A DNA stretch of 64,000 bases from Actinomycetes bacterium (lineage in GTDB: Bacteria; Actinomycetota; Actinomycetes; Actinomycetales; Microbacteriaceae), in contig JAKPAC010000030.1 of the NCBI GenBank assembly GCA_029779645.1, forward strand, positions 19,624 through 83,623, written 5' to 3'. Both the position numbers and the translations under genes were made by a program. The notes beneath the pieces were generated by a model. It had not been told where the DNA came from. It worked only from the letters and a program-made list of their open reading frames with translations, and did not search any database. Below, one piece after another: positions 28,053 to 36,910 of the stretch (position 1 is the first letter of the stretch; every line of letters begins with the position of its first letter).

Positions 28053-30185
28053 ATGGCCCCGCACCCCTTCGCTTCGCTCGACGACTACATTGCCCAGCCT
28101 CGCGTGGAGGGCGTGGCGCTCTCGCCCGACGGCTCGCGCGCGGTGCTGACGATCGCCACGCTCAAGCGCGACGGCACCGGCTACGAGCGCGCGCTGTGGG
28201 CGGTGCCCGCCGCCGGCGGCGGCGTGCCCGTGCGGCTGACGCGCTCGGCCAAGGGCGAGTCGAACGCGGCGTTCACGCCCGCGGGCGACGTGCTGTTCAT
28301 CTCGGCGCGGCCCGACGCGGAGGCCGCCGGCGATGGCAGCGAGGCGCAGCTCTGGCTGCTGCCGGCCGCCGGCGGCGAGGCGCGCGCGGTGACCGGCCTC
28401 GCCGGCGGCGTCGAGGGCATCGCGGCGATCGCTCGGGATTCGGGGATGCTCGTGCTCGGCGCCGAGCTGCTCCCGGGCGCCGACACGCTCGAGGCAGAGG
28501 CGGCGCTGCGCGCGAGCCGTGACAAGAAGAAGATCTCGGCGATCCTGCACGAGCGCTACCCCGTCCGGTACTGGGACCACGACCTCGGTCCCGCCGAGCC
28601 CCACCTGCTCGCGCTCGACCTGGGCGGACTCGTCGACGAGCTGCCGGAGCGCGGCGACGCGGCGGCGGATGCCTCGGAGCGTGCGGGCGCCGCCGACGCC
28701 GCGCCCGCCGAGGCCGGAGAGAAGGAGCAGCCCTACCCGGCGCACCTGCCGCGCCCCCGCGACCTCACCCCGCGCCCGGGCCGCTCGGCCGATGCGGCGG
28801 GCGCCGCGCTCTCGCCCGATGGCGGCACCTTGATCGCGGCCATGCGGGTGCCCCAGGCGCGCGACGGGCGCTTCCGGCTCATGTCGATCGACGTCGCCAC
28901 CGGCGCGCACACGACGATCCTCGACGACCCGGCCGCGGATCTCGAGTCGCCGGTGCTCAGCCACGACGGCTCCACGCTGGCATACCTGCGCATCGAGACG
29001 GGCTCCCCGGCCGCGCCGGCTGACGTGGAGGTGTGGGTGAGCGCGCTCGACGGCAGCGACGCGCGGCGCATCGCCGGCGAATGGGATCGCTGGGCCGCGA
29101 GCCTCGCGTTCGACGCCGACGATGCGGCGCTCATCGCGACCGCCGACTCGCGCGGCCGCGCGCCGATCTTCCGGCTGCCCCTCGACGGCTCGGCGGCCCA
29201 GCAGCTCACCGACGACGACTTCGCCTACTCCTCCGTCTCGGTCGACCGGGCCACAGGCGCGATCGTGGCCCTGCGCTCGTCGTGGGTGGCCCCGCCGCAC
29301 GCCGTGCGCCTCGAGCGCGGCCCGGACGGCGCCGTGTCGGTCGCCCCGCTCGCGAGCCCGGTCGCGCTCCCGGCGGTGCCCGGCACGATCGCCGACGTCG
29401 AGACCGTCGCCGAGGACGGCGCCGCGGTGCGCGGCTGGCTGATGCTCCCCGAGGGCGCATCCGAGTCGGCGCCCGCGCCCCTGCTGCTGTGGATCCACGG
29501 GGGCCCGCTCAACAGCTGGAACGCGTGGAGCTGGCGCTGGTCGCCGGCGCTCGCGGTGGCCCGCGGCTACGCCGTGCTGCTGCCCGACCCGGCGCTCTCC
29601 ACCGGCTACGGCCTCGAGTTCATCGCCCGCGGCTGGAACAGCTGGGGAGGCAAGCCCTACACCGACCTGCTGGCCATCACCGACGCCGTCGTCGCGCGCG
29701 CCGACATCGATGAGACGAAGACCGCCGCGATGGGCGGCTCATTCGGCGGCTACATGGCGAACTGGGTCGCCGGCAACACCGACCGCTTCCGGGCCATCGT
29801 CACGCACGCCAGCCTGTGGGCGCTCGATCAGTTCGCGGGCACCACCGACAACTCGGCGTACTGGCAGCGCATCTTCACGCCCGAGGCGATGACGGCGAAC
29901 TCGCCGCACCAGCACGTGGCGCGCATCAGCACGCCGATGCTCGTGGTCCACGGCGACCGCGACTACCGCGTGCCGATCGGCGAGAGCCTGCGGCTGTGGT
30001 CGGAGCTGGCCGAGCACCACGCGGCGGCCGACGGCACGAGCATCCACCGCTTCCTGTACTTCCCTGACGAGAACCACTGGGTGCTCAAGCCCCAGCACGC
30101 GGTGATCTGGTACCAGACCGTGTTCGCGTTCCTCGACGAGCACTTGCGCGGGGCGCCGTGGCAGCGCCCCGAGCTGCTCGGGTAG
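28053..30185 (+). CDS. S9-family serine peptidase (prolyl oligopeptidase / acylaminoacyl-peptidase-like)
   Basis: 710 aa. N-terminal beta-propeller-like region. Nucleophile motif GGSFGGYMANW. VVHGDRDYRVP and DENHW supply the Asp and His. Confidence 0.85.
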   Translation: MAPHPFASLDDYIAQPRVEGVALSPDGSRAVLTIATLKRDGTGYERALWAVPAAGGGVPVRLTRSAKGESNAAFTPAGDVLFISARPDAEAAGDGSEAQLWLLPAAGGEARAVTGLAGGVEGIAAIARDSGMLVLGAELLPGADTLEAEAALRASRDKKKISAILHERYPVRYWDHDLGPAEPHLLALDLGGLVDELPERGDAAADASERAGAADAAPAEAGEKEQPYPAHLPRPRDLTPRPGRSADAAGAALSPDGGTLIAAMRVPQARDGRFRLMSIDVATGAHTTILDDPAADLESPVLSHDGSTLAYLRIETGSPAAPADVEVWVSALDGSDARRIAGEWDRWAASLAFDADDAALIATADSRGRAPIFRLPLDGSAAQQLTDDDFAYSSVSVDRATGAIVALRSSWVAPPHAVRLERGPDGAVSVAPLASPVALPAVPGTIADVETVAEDGAAVRGWLMLPEGASESAPAPLLLWIHGGPLNSWNAWSWRWSPALAVARGYAVLLPDPALSTGYGLEFIARGWNSWGGKPYTDLLAITDAVVARADIDETKTAAMGGSFGGYMANWVAGNTDRFRAIVTHASLWALDQFAGTTDNSAYWQRIFTPEAMTANSPHQHVARISTPMLVVHGDRDYRVPIGESLRLWSELAEHHAAADGTSIHRFLYFPDENHWVLKPQHAVIWYQTVFAFLDEHLRGAPWQRPELLG

Positions 30186-30200
30186 CGCCGGGGCGCGGGC

Positions 30201-30428
30201 CTACAAGACCGCGCCGTCGTCGCCGGGCGGCCGATTCCAGCGGCTGCGGTTGCCCTCGTAGGCGATGAGCCAGCCCAGCGAGACCGCCAGGGCGACGGTC
30301 ATCATCACCCAGAACTGGCTGATCAGGATGCCGATGATCACGCCCAGGACGAGGATGGCGGCGATGCCGAGCCACAGCTTCCAGCGGGCGCGAACGTAGC
30401 TCTGCTGCGGGGGGCGGTGTGCGTGCAT
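30201..30428 (-). CDS. Small membrane protein (75 aa, 2 TM)
   Basis: ORF with two hydrophobic helices (WLGIAAILVLGVIIGILISQFWVMMTVALAVSLGWLIAY). Confidence 0.5.
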   Translation of the reverse strand: MHAHRPPQQSYVRARWKLWLGIAAILVLGVIIGILISQFWVMMTVALAVSLGWLIAYEGNRSRWNRPPGDDGAVL

Positions 30429-30437
30429 GCGCTCAGC

Positions 30438-30740
30438 CTACGACGCGGGGCGGTCGTCTTGCGCGGCGGCCTCGCCCGCGGCGAGCACGGAGGGCTCGTC
30501 GTCGGTGTCGACGCCGTGCTGGGCGAGCTGCGTTCGCGCTCCCTTGCGGCGCTGCGCGCGCACCATCGCGAAGACCGCGACCCAGGCGATCGTCAGCGCG
30601 ATGCCCCAGGTGAGGCCGATCATGAGGTTGCCGCTGCTCGTGCCGAAGAACACCCCGACGAACGCCGCGACGGCGATGCCTGCCGACCAGACCCAGATCA
30701 GGATCGAGGAGGCCCAGCGAATGCCGCGATCATCACTCAT
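30438..30740 (-). CDS. Small membrane protein (100 aa, 2-3 TM)
   Basis: ATG 30740 (MSDDRGIRWASSILIWVWSAGIAVAAFVGVFF...). This is the C-terminal part of the chimeric track ORF 30438..31817. Confidence 0.55.
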   Translation of the reverse strand: MSDDRGIRWASSILIWVWSAGIAVAAFVGVFFGTSSGNLMIGLTWGIALTIAWVAVFAMVRAQRRKGARTQLAQHGVDTDDEPSVLAAGEAAAQDDRPAS

Positions 30741-30835
30741 GCCTCGAGCATAGGCAGGGCGGGGCGGGCCGTGCGGCGGACGCGCCGCCCGGCCCGCCGT
30801 GCGGCGCGGGGGTCGCTCGCTCGGGCTGCGCGCGC

Positions 30836-31817
30836 TCAGCGGCCGCGGTGATCCTCGGGGTGCAGCCGGGGGCCGCGGCGGGGCTCGTGCACGCCGCTGA
30901 GGCCGATGAGGCGGATCACGCGCTGGCGCTGACCCACCCACGGCTCGAGCAGCTCGCGCATGCCGTCGTCGTCGACGCGCGAGCCGGTGAGCGCGTAGCC
31001 GACCTGGCTGGCGAGGTGAAAATCGGCGAAGCTCACGGCGTCGGCGTCGCCGAGGGCGCGGATGCGGGTCTCGGCCGAGGTCCAGACGCCGACGCCGCGC
31101 ACGCTGGTGAGCACGCGGTCGCGAGCCGGCCCGTCGGCCGCCGTCGGCCTGCACGATGGTGCGCGACTGCGGGGGCTCGACGCCGGCGCGGTGCCACGCC
31201 CAGGAGGGGATCGCGCCCCACTCGGCGACGCTCGGCGGCGCGAACAGGGCGCGCGGCGCGGGCCCGGGCGCGCGCGTGCCGAAGCGGGTCATGAGCACCC
31301 GCCAGGCGCCGAAGGCCTGCAGGCCGGTCACCTTCTGCTCGATGATCGAGGCGGCGAGGGCGTCGAAGACGAGATCGGTGCGGGTGAGGCGAAGCCCGGG
31401 ATTGCGGCGGTGGGTCGCGGCGATGAGGGGATGGTGGTGCGCCTCGAACGGCGTCGGGTCATCAAGCGACCCGAGCAGGGCCGGCAGCTGGGCGATCGCC
31501 CACTCGGCGCCGGGACCCCACGCCGAAGCGTTGATCGAGCCGTCGCCGCTCGGGGCGGTCGCGAGCGTCGCGATGCCGTGCGGCGTGCGGCTCGCGCGCC
31601 AGAACACCCCGCGATCGTGGAGGTGCGCCGGGTCGCCTCGCCCCCGCCGGATCATGCCGACCGTGGTCCAGAAATCCAGCGGGTGCCGCGGCCGGTACAC
31701 CGTGTCGACCCGCGCCGAGCGGGCCGGCGCATCCGCAGTCGGCGCTGCCGGAGGGCCGCCTGCGGCCGCCGTGCGTGCGTCGGCCACGGCCGCCGCGCGC
31801 GGCTCGGTGCTGCTCAT
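30836..31817 (-). pseudogene. AlkA-like DNA-3-methyladenine glycosylase II (HhH-GPD) gene broken by a frameshift at a 10-bp tandem duplication
   Basis: The N-terminal 222 codons from 31817 run to ...SRTIVQAD. The HhH part (LTSVRGVGVWTSAE...GDADAVSFADFHL) continues in another frame to TGA 30836. The 982-nt span equals 3n+1. Removing one 10-bp copy restores ...VQADGPARDRVLTSVRG.... Confidence 0.7.
31131..31150. repeat. 10-bp tandem duplication CCGTCGGCCG / CCGTCGGCCT at the glycosylase frameshift site
   Basis: Read directly at 31131-31140 and 31141-31150. Confidence 0.85.
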
Positions 31818-31993
31818 GGAACCACGCTAGCGGGCACGCCTGACAATGCGCCCGCGAGACGATGCGCGCGCGAGACGACGCACCCGCCTGATGAGGCGCC
31901 CGTGAGCGGCGCCGATCGCGGGCCGGCAAACGCAGCGCGCGCGGCGCGCCAGGCTGCTGCCGGCGCACCGCGCGCTGCGCGACGGTGTCGGTG

Positions 31994-32809
31994 CTAGAAG
32001 CGGTCGGGCGAGGGGGTGCCGTGACCGAAGCGGATGGAGACGTCGGCGTGGCGGTCGAAGCGGTAGCCGACGCCGCGGACCGTGCGCACGATGTCCTCGT
32101 AGTTGCCGAGCTTGGCGCGCAGCCGCCGGACGTGCACGTCGATCGTGCGCTCGTTCGGGATGTCGTCGCCGGTCGCGCCGTTCCAGAGCGACGCGACGAG
32201 CTCGGCGCGCTCGATGGTGCGACCCTCGCGCAGCACCAGGTACTGCAGCAGCTCGAACTCCTTGAAGGTCAGCGAGGCCGAGTCGCCGTCGAGCAGCAGG
32301 CGCTTGCGCGAGATGTCGACGATGACACCCTCGGGGGCGCGGTCCTCGGGCTCAGGCTCGGCCTTCGTGCGGGCGATGGCGGTGGGCTCGTGCAGCGCGA
32401 GGCGAACCACGTCGACGTTGCGGCCGCCGGCGCCGATCGGGGCGAGGGCGACGGTCGCGTAGGTCTCGGCCTGCGGGGCCAGATCGGCGAGGGTGCGACG
32501 CAGGGCGTCGACCAGGAGTCCGAGGTTGACGCCGTCTGCCTGCGCGCGCTGCTCGTCGAGGCCGACGTAGAGTGCGAATCCGCGCGGCGCGGTGCCGGCG
32601 GGCAACGCGCGCGCCGGGGCGCTCTGCGCGGGGGCCGGCTGCACGGGCGCGGCCGGCGCCGCCTGCGTGATCGGGGTGGGTGCGACACGGGTGCGCGTCG
32701 GGGCGGGCGCGGCGGGCGAGCCCTGCACCGAGCGGATCGGCGTGACGGGGGCGACGCGGCGCTGCGTCGTGCTGGTCCGGCGGGTGTCTGCAATAAGGGT
32801 GTTCGACAT
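31994..32809 (-). CDS. Orphan OmpR/PhoB-type winged-helix DNA-binding protein with no receiver domain
   Basis: ATG 32809 with AAGGA upstream. C-terminal Trans_reg_C LTFKEFELLQYLVLREGRTIERAELVASLW...TIDVHVRRLRAKLG...VRTVRGVGYRF. The N-terminus is a Pro/Ala-rich tract plus an unassigned domain of about 100 aa. Confidence 0.8.
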   Translation of the reverse strand: MSNTLIADTRRTSTTQRRVAPVTPIRSVQGSPAAPAPTRTRVAPTPITQAAPAAPVQPAPAQSAPARALPAGTAPRGFALYVGLDEQRAQADGVNLGLLVDALRRTLADLAPQAETYATVALAPIGAGGRNVDVVRLALHEPTAIARTKAEPEPEDRAPEGVIVDISRKRLLLDGDSASLTFKEFELLQYLVLREGRTIERAELVASLWNGATGDDIPNERTIDVHVRRLRAKLGNYEDIVRTVRGVGYRFDRHADVSIRFGHGTPSPDRF

Positions 32810-33016
32810 TGAGTGGTCCTTGAAGGATGATGACGAACCCGAGGGTGCTGCGACCCAAGTTTCGGGTTCTGCGTGTTGCGGGTGTCCGCGAGATGAGTCT
32901 CGAATGGGTATCGAGCGGACGGGAAAGGTCACGCGGGTGCGGTGGCCTGGGGGGTGCTCTGTGAGGTATTCAACGGGTCGCCGGGTTGGGCGATCCGGGG
33001 ACTCACGGCCGCGGGA

Positions 33017-33118
33017 TCAGCGGCACATTCGGCAACACATGACAACGTGGCTGGCCATCATCGAGCCAGCAGTCCCGTTCGCCTCCATGGCGGACAAGGG
33101 GTGCACGTTGTCAGTCAT
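33017..33118 (-). CDS. Candidate leaderless 33-codon sORF, MTDNVHPLSAMEANGTAGSMMASHVVMCCRMCR
   Basis: The A of the ATG lies 7 nt downstream of a CATAAT -10 element. Most third positions are G/C. Three Cys in the last six codons. No homology evidence. Confidence 0.3.
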   Translation of the reverse strand: MTDNVHPLSAMEANGTAGSMMASHVVMCCRMCR

Positions 33119-33124
33119 GGGGCG

Positions 33125-33154
33125 ATTATGACTCATTACGACACCGGGTGTCAA
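33125..33154 (-). promoter_or_regulatory. Near-consensus sigma-70-type promoter (TTGACA-N18-CATAAT) pointing toward the orphan regulator
   Basis: -35 TTGACA is the reverse complement of 33149-33154. -10 CATAAT is the reverse complement of 33125-33130. Spacer 18 nt. Confidence 0.5.
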
Positions 33155-33736
33155 TTCGAGGCGAATCCGCGAAATCCCTCGCCTCGACACGGGCGTCGTC
33201 GGCGTCGAAAACCGCCGACGGGGCGGCGTGCGGCGCCGAAACGGGCGGCTCGCGCGCCCGGCCTCGAGCATGGCCTTGCGGGCGCTCGATCGTGAAAAGC
33301 CCAGATAAACCGGCAGATTTTGCGCACCGCCGCTGCGGCCGTCGGCGCACGGCGCACCACGCGCCGTGCGTGGCGCGCCAGCCTCGTACACCGAAAGTGC
33401 CGGCGCGCGCGCATGCCTGCGCGCTGTGTGTCGGAATCGGCGATTCTGACCCGCTGGGGGCCGATTTCTCGATCGTCGTCGCGTGGCACGCCCAACGTGC
33501 GGTAATGGGGCGGCGCGCGTCGGATTCTGCCGCCCCAGGATGCGCCGTGCCGGGGGCCCGGCTCGCTCGGCGCGGCCGGCACGCTCGGACGGTGCTCGGG
33601 TGAGGCCCGGGTGATGTTCGGCCGATCAGGTGCGGTTTTCGTGGCCGCGCCATGACCCGCCCTGCTAGAGATAACGCCAACGCCGGCGGGGGGTCGGTGG
33701 GAGGCCGACGGCGACGTCGGGCGAGGGGGCGGTGCT

Positions 33737-36364
33737 GTGCGCGGCGACGGTCTGACGGTGGATGGCGGCGGGGCCCGGAGGCGGCACCGGCTTCGACGCG
33801 TGTTCGAGGGGGATCGACCGGCCCGGGCCGGCCGTCGGGGGCGGGTGTCGGCGGCGCTCGCGGCCGCGGTGCTGGCGATCGGGGTGCTGGTCGCGCCGCA
33901 GCCCGCGCTCGCCGCGTCTGGCCTCGGCCCGGGGTACGGCGTCGGGAACGCGGCATCCCCGCATCTCGGCAGCTTTCGTCTCGAGAGCGGTGCGCTCGTG
34001 TGGTGTGCTCGAGCCGGCGATCCGTCACCCGTGGGCGTGCTCACCGGGCCCGGCGTCGAGCGCACGAACACCACCGGCTCGGCGCCGCCCGGGGTGAGCG
34101 TGGCCGACGCGACGGCGCGCGCGAACTACATCCTGAACACCTGGGGCACGCCGGGCGTGAACAGCGTCGACGCCGCGGCCGTGAACCTCGCGGTCTGGCA
34201 CTTCCTCGACTACGCGAACGCGACCGCGCTGACCGGTGGCGTCGGGATCCGCAACTACTACAGCACGCGCGCCGGCGGCGACACGGCCGCCGTGCGCGCC
34301 GCGTTCGACGCGATGCTCGCGGCCGCGGCCCCGGTGCGCGCGGCATGGCCGGGCACGGTCGCGGCGCCGGATGGGGCATCCATGCGGCTGACCGCCGACC
34401 CCGGCAACAGCTACCTCGGCACGCTCGTCGTGAGCGGGGTGTCGTCGCCGGGCACGGTCACGCTGAGCGACGGCGTGTTCACGGTGGGCGCGGGCGCGCC
34501 GTCGCTCTCGGGCGTCGGCACCGGCACGTATCCGCTGCGCGGCATACCGCCCGGCGACACCGGCGCGTCGTATTCGATCACGGCGCAGGGCTCGTTCAGC
34601 CTGCTCGCCGGATGGCGCGACACGGTCACCTGGTACGACACCCCAGGGCGCCAGGTCACGGTGAGCGGGGGTTCCCAGGCGGTGCAGAACTACACGCTCA
34701 CCGCGACCGATGCCGCGCCGCGCCAGACCGGCTTCGCGCCGACCCTCGGCACCAGGGTCGTCTCGCCATACGTCGCGGCGGGCGGCGACTTCGCCGACGT
34801 CGTCACCTTCTCGACGGCCATCAACGAGTGGCCGCGCCTGGGCGACGGCAGCTACGCGCTCGTCACCGCTCGCGGGGTGCTCTACGGGCCGTTGGATGCC
34901 GCCCCCGTCGAGTCGACGGGCGTCCCGGCGGGCACGCCCGTCGCCGGCACGGCGAGCATCACGACGAGCGCGGTCGACGGGCCGACGGTCGGGTACACGG
35001 CCACGGCCGACGTCACGGCGGCCGCGGCATCCGCCTTCTACACCTGGGTGTGGCGGATCGACGGCGCCGAGCAGCCGGCCGCCACGCAGCGCTTCCTCGA
35101 CGACGACTACGTATTCCAGGATCGATATGGGCGCCTCGCGGAGACCCACCTCGTGCCCTCGGTGACGACCGCCGCGCAGGCGATCGGCTCGCCGGAAGGG
35201 ACCATGATCGACACCGCCGTCGTCGACGGCCTGCTCCCCGCGGCGGGAGCCGAGCTCTCGTTCGCGGTGTACCGGACCGATCCGATCCGGCAGTGCACCG
35301 CCGACACGCTCGTGTGGACGAACGCCGATGCGCCGCAGCGCGTCATCGCCCCGGGCCGATACGACTCGCCACCCGTCGTGATCCCCGGGTTCGGCAGCTA
35401 CTCGTGGATCGAGACCCTGCGCGACCTCGACGGGGTGCTCGTGCACGAGGGCGCGTGCCTGCTGCCGCACGAGACGACTCGCGTCGACCCGCCCATCATC
35501 GAATCGGCGGCGGTGCCCGTCGCCGAGTTCGGGGGATACGCCACCGATGTCGCGATCGTCAACGGCCCGCTGCCGGCGGCCGGCGAGACCTTCGTCACGT
35601 TCGAGCTGTTCGAGGCGGCGCCGGGCGTCGACCCGATCGACGCATGCACACCCGAGGCCCGCGTCGGCAGCACGATCGGCGACCCGGTGCCGGTCCGCGA
35701 GCTGGGCCGATATGCTTCCCCGGGCATCCGCGTCGAGCGGGCGGGCACGTACTACTGGATCGAGACGCTGTGGTGGCTCCCGGACGCCTGGACCGACCCG
35801 CCGATCGCGCTCGCGCAGGGCCGGTGCGGTCAGCGCAGCGAGACGACGATCGTCGCACTGCCGACCATCAGCTCGCGCGCCCAGGCGACGGCGCTCGCGG
35901 GCGCCGAGTTCCACGACACCGTGACGGTCGCCGGGCTCGCCGCCGGCACGCCAGCCGAGCTGCAGTGGTCGCTGTACCGGCACAGCTCGGGCGCCGCCCC
36001 GGTGTGCGACGTCACCACGCGAGTGTTCGCCTCGGCGCCGGTCGCGATCGCGGGCTCCGGCCGGTTCGCCTCGCCGCCGACGTCGCAGTCGGCCGCGGGC
36101 CGATACTTCTGGGTCGCCACCCTGCGGCACACCCCGGATGTCGGCGACCCCGTGGTGCTCGCGCGCGGCGGCTGCGAACAGCAGATCGAGAGCACGCTCG
36201 TCACGGCGCTCGCCTCCACCGGCGCAGGCTCGGGTGGCGGCACGGGGCCGGCGGCGGTGCTCACCGGGGCGGCGGCGACGTTCGCTGGGGCCTCGCTCGT
36301 GCTCTTCGCCGCGGCGAATCGGCGCAGAAGGGCGACGGGCGCCCCCGGGCGCGCGGCAGAATAG
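33737..36364 (+). CDS. Secreted, sortase-anchored repeat surface protein: TQXA/thioester-like N-domain, VaFE-type repeats, LAXTG sorting signal
   Basis: Signal peptide ...VSAALAAAVLAIGVLVAPQPALA. Four repeats of about 100 aa, each ending in a (Y/F)xW(I/V)xT(L)-like motif. C-terminal LASTG (36209-36223) plus a hydrophobic stretch plus NRRRR. Start is uncertain, with several in-frame GTGs between 33737 and 33845. Confidence 0.8.
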   Translation: MRGDGLTVDGGGARRRHRLRRVFEGDRPARAGRRGRVSAALAAAVLAIGVLVAPQPALAASGLGPGYGVGNAASPHLGSFRLESGALVWCARAGDPSPVGVLTGPGVERTNTTGSAPPGVSVADATARANYILNTWGTPGVNSVDAAAVNLAVWHFLDYANATALTGGVGIRNYYSTRAGGDTAAVRAAFDAMLAAAAPVRAAWPGTVAAPDGASMRLTADPGNSYLGTLVVSGVSSPGTVTLSDGVFTVGAGAPSLSGVGTGTYPLRGIPPGDTGASYSITAQGSFSLLAGWRDTVTWYDTPGRQVTVSGGSQAVQNYTLTATDAAPRQTGFAPTLGTRVVSPYVAAGGDFADVVTFSTAINEWPRLGDGSYALVTARGVLYGPLDAAPVESTGVPAGTPVAGTASITTSAVDGPTVGYTATADVTAAAASAFYTWVWRIDGAEQPAATQRFLDDDYVFQDRYGRLAETHLVPSVTTAAQAIGSPEGTMIDTAVVDGLLPAAGAELSFAVYRTDPIRQCTADTLVWTNADAPQRVIAPGRYDSPPVVIPGFGSYSWIETLRDLDGVLVHEGACLLPHETTRVDPPIIESAAVPVAEFGGYATDVAIVNGPLPAAGETFVTFELFEAAPGVDPIDACTPEARVGSTIGDPVPVRELGRYASPGIRVERAGTYYWIETLWWLPDAWTDPPIALAQGRCGQRSETTIVALPTISSRAQATALAGAEFHDTVTVAGLAAGTPAELQWSLYRHSSGAAPVCDVTTRVFASAPVAIAGSGRFASPPTSQSAAGRYFWVATLRHTPDVGDPVVLARGGCEQQIESTLVTALASTGAGSGGGTGPAAVLTGAAATFAGASLVLFAAANRRRRATGAPGRAAE

Positions 36365-36368
36365 AGGC

Positions 36369-36902
36369 ATGACGGCGGGTGCGCGCGACGACGAGAACGG
36401 GGCGGATGCCGCGGGCCGCGGCATCCCGGAGCTCGTCGCGGATGCGGTGGCGCGCCTGCGTGCGGCTGACGCCCGCGACGAGGGGCTCGGTCGCGAGCTG
36501 GCTCCGCGGCGCGTTCTCGGCCTGCGCGGCCGACCGCGGATCGCGAGGTCGGGGCGCGTGTGGCGTCTCGGGGTGCTGCTGCTCGGGGCCGATGGCTCGC
36601 TGTATGCCACCGGCGGCACGCTTCGTGCGCGGGCCGAGGTGCGCCGCGGATACACGGCCGAGTCGGCGCGGCTGCGCGCCGAGCAGGGTGCTGCCGCCCG
36701 GCGCGGCGGCTTCGCCGAGGGCGACAGCGTGAACATCGGCTGGCGCGCACTCGACGCGAGCCGCCCGGACGGCGGGATCCTTCGGGTGCACGACGGCACG
36801 CCGCAGGTGCGGTGGAACCCGCGCGACCCGAACGCGTGGAGCGACCTCGCGCCATACCTGCGCGAGCGGATCGAGCTGCTGCTGGCCGATCAGGGAGCCT
36901 AG
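36369..36902 (+). CDS. Hypothetical protein (177 aa)
   Basis: ATG 36369, 5 nt after the surface-protein stop, in frame with track ORF 36138..36902. Good codon bias. No family recognised. Confidence 0.55.
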   Translation: MTAGARDDENGADAAGRGIPELVADAVARLRAADARDEGLGRELAPRRVLGLRGRPRIARSGRVWRLGVLLLGADGSLYATGGTLRARAEVRRGYTAESARLRAEQGAAARRGGFAEGDSVNIGWRALDASRPDGGILRVHDGTPQVRWNPRDPNAWSDLAPYLRERIELLLADQGA

Positions 36903-36910
36903 GCGCGGCT

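Noticed and set aside
30438-31817. Single 459-aa ORF on the minus strand.
   Set aside because: It is a chimera of three parts: the glycosylase N-terminus, an out-of-frame read-through (RRAGSRPRAHQRARRRRLDLGRDPHP...), and a separate small membrane-protein gene that starts at 30740.
33126-34074. Track ORFs 33126..34028(-), 33151..34074(-) and 33148..33603(+) in the large spacer.
   Set aside because: They are Arg/Pro/Ala-rich with no third-position bias pattern or motifs, and they overlap one another and the start of the adhesin gene.
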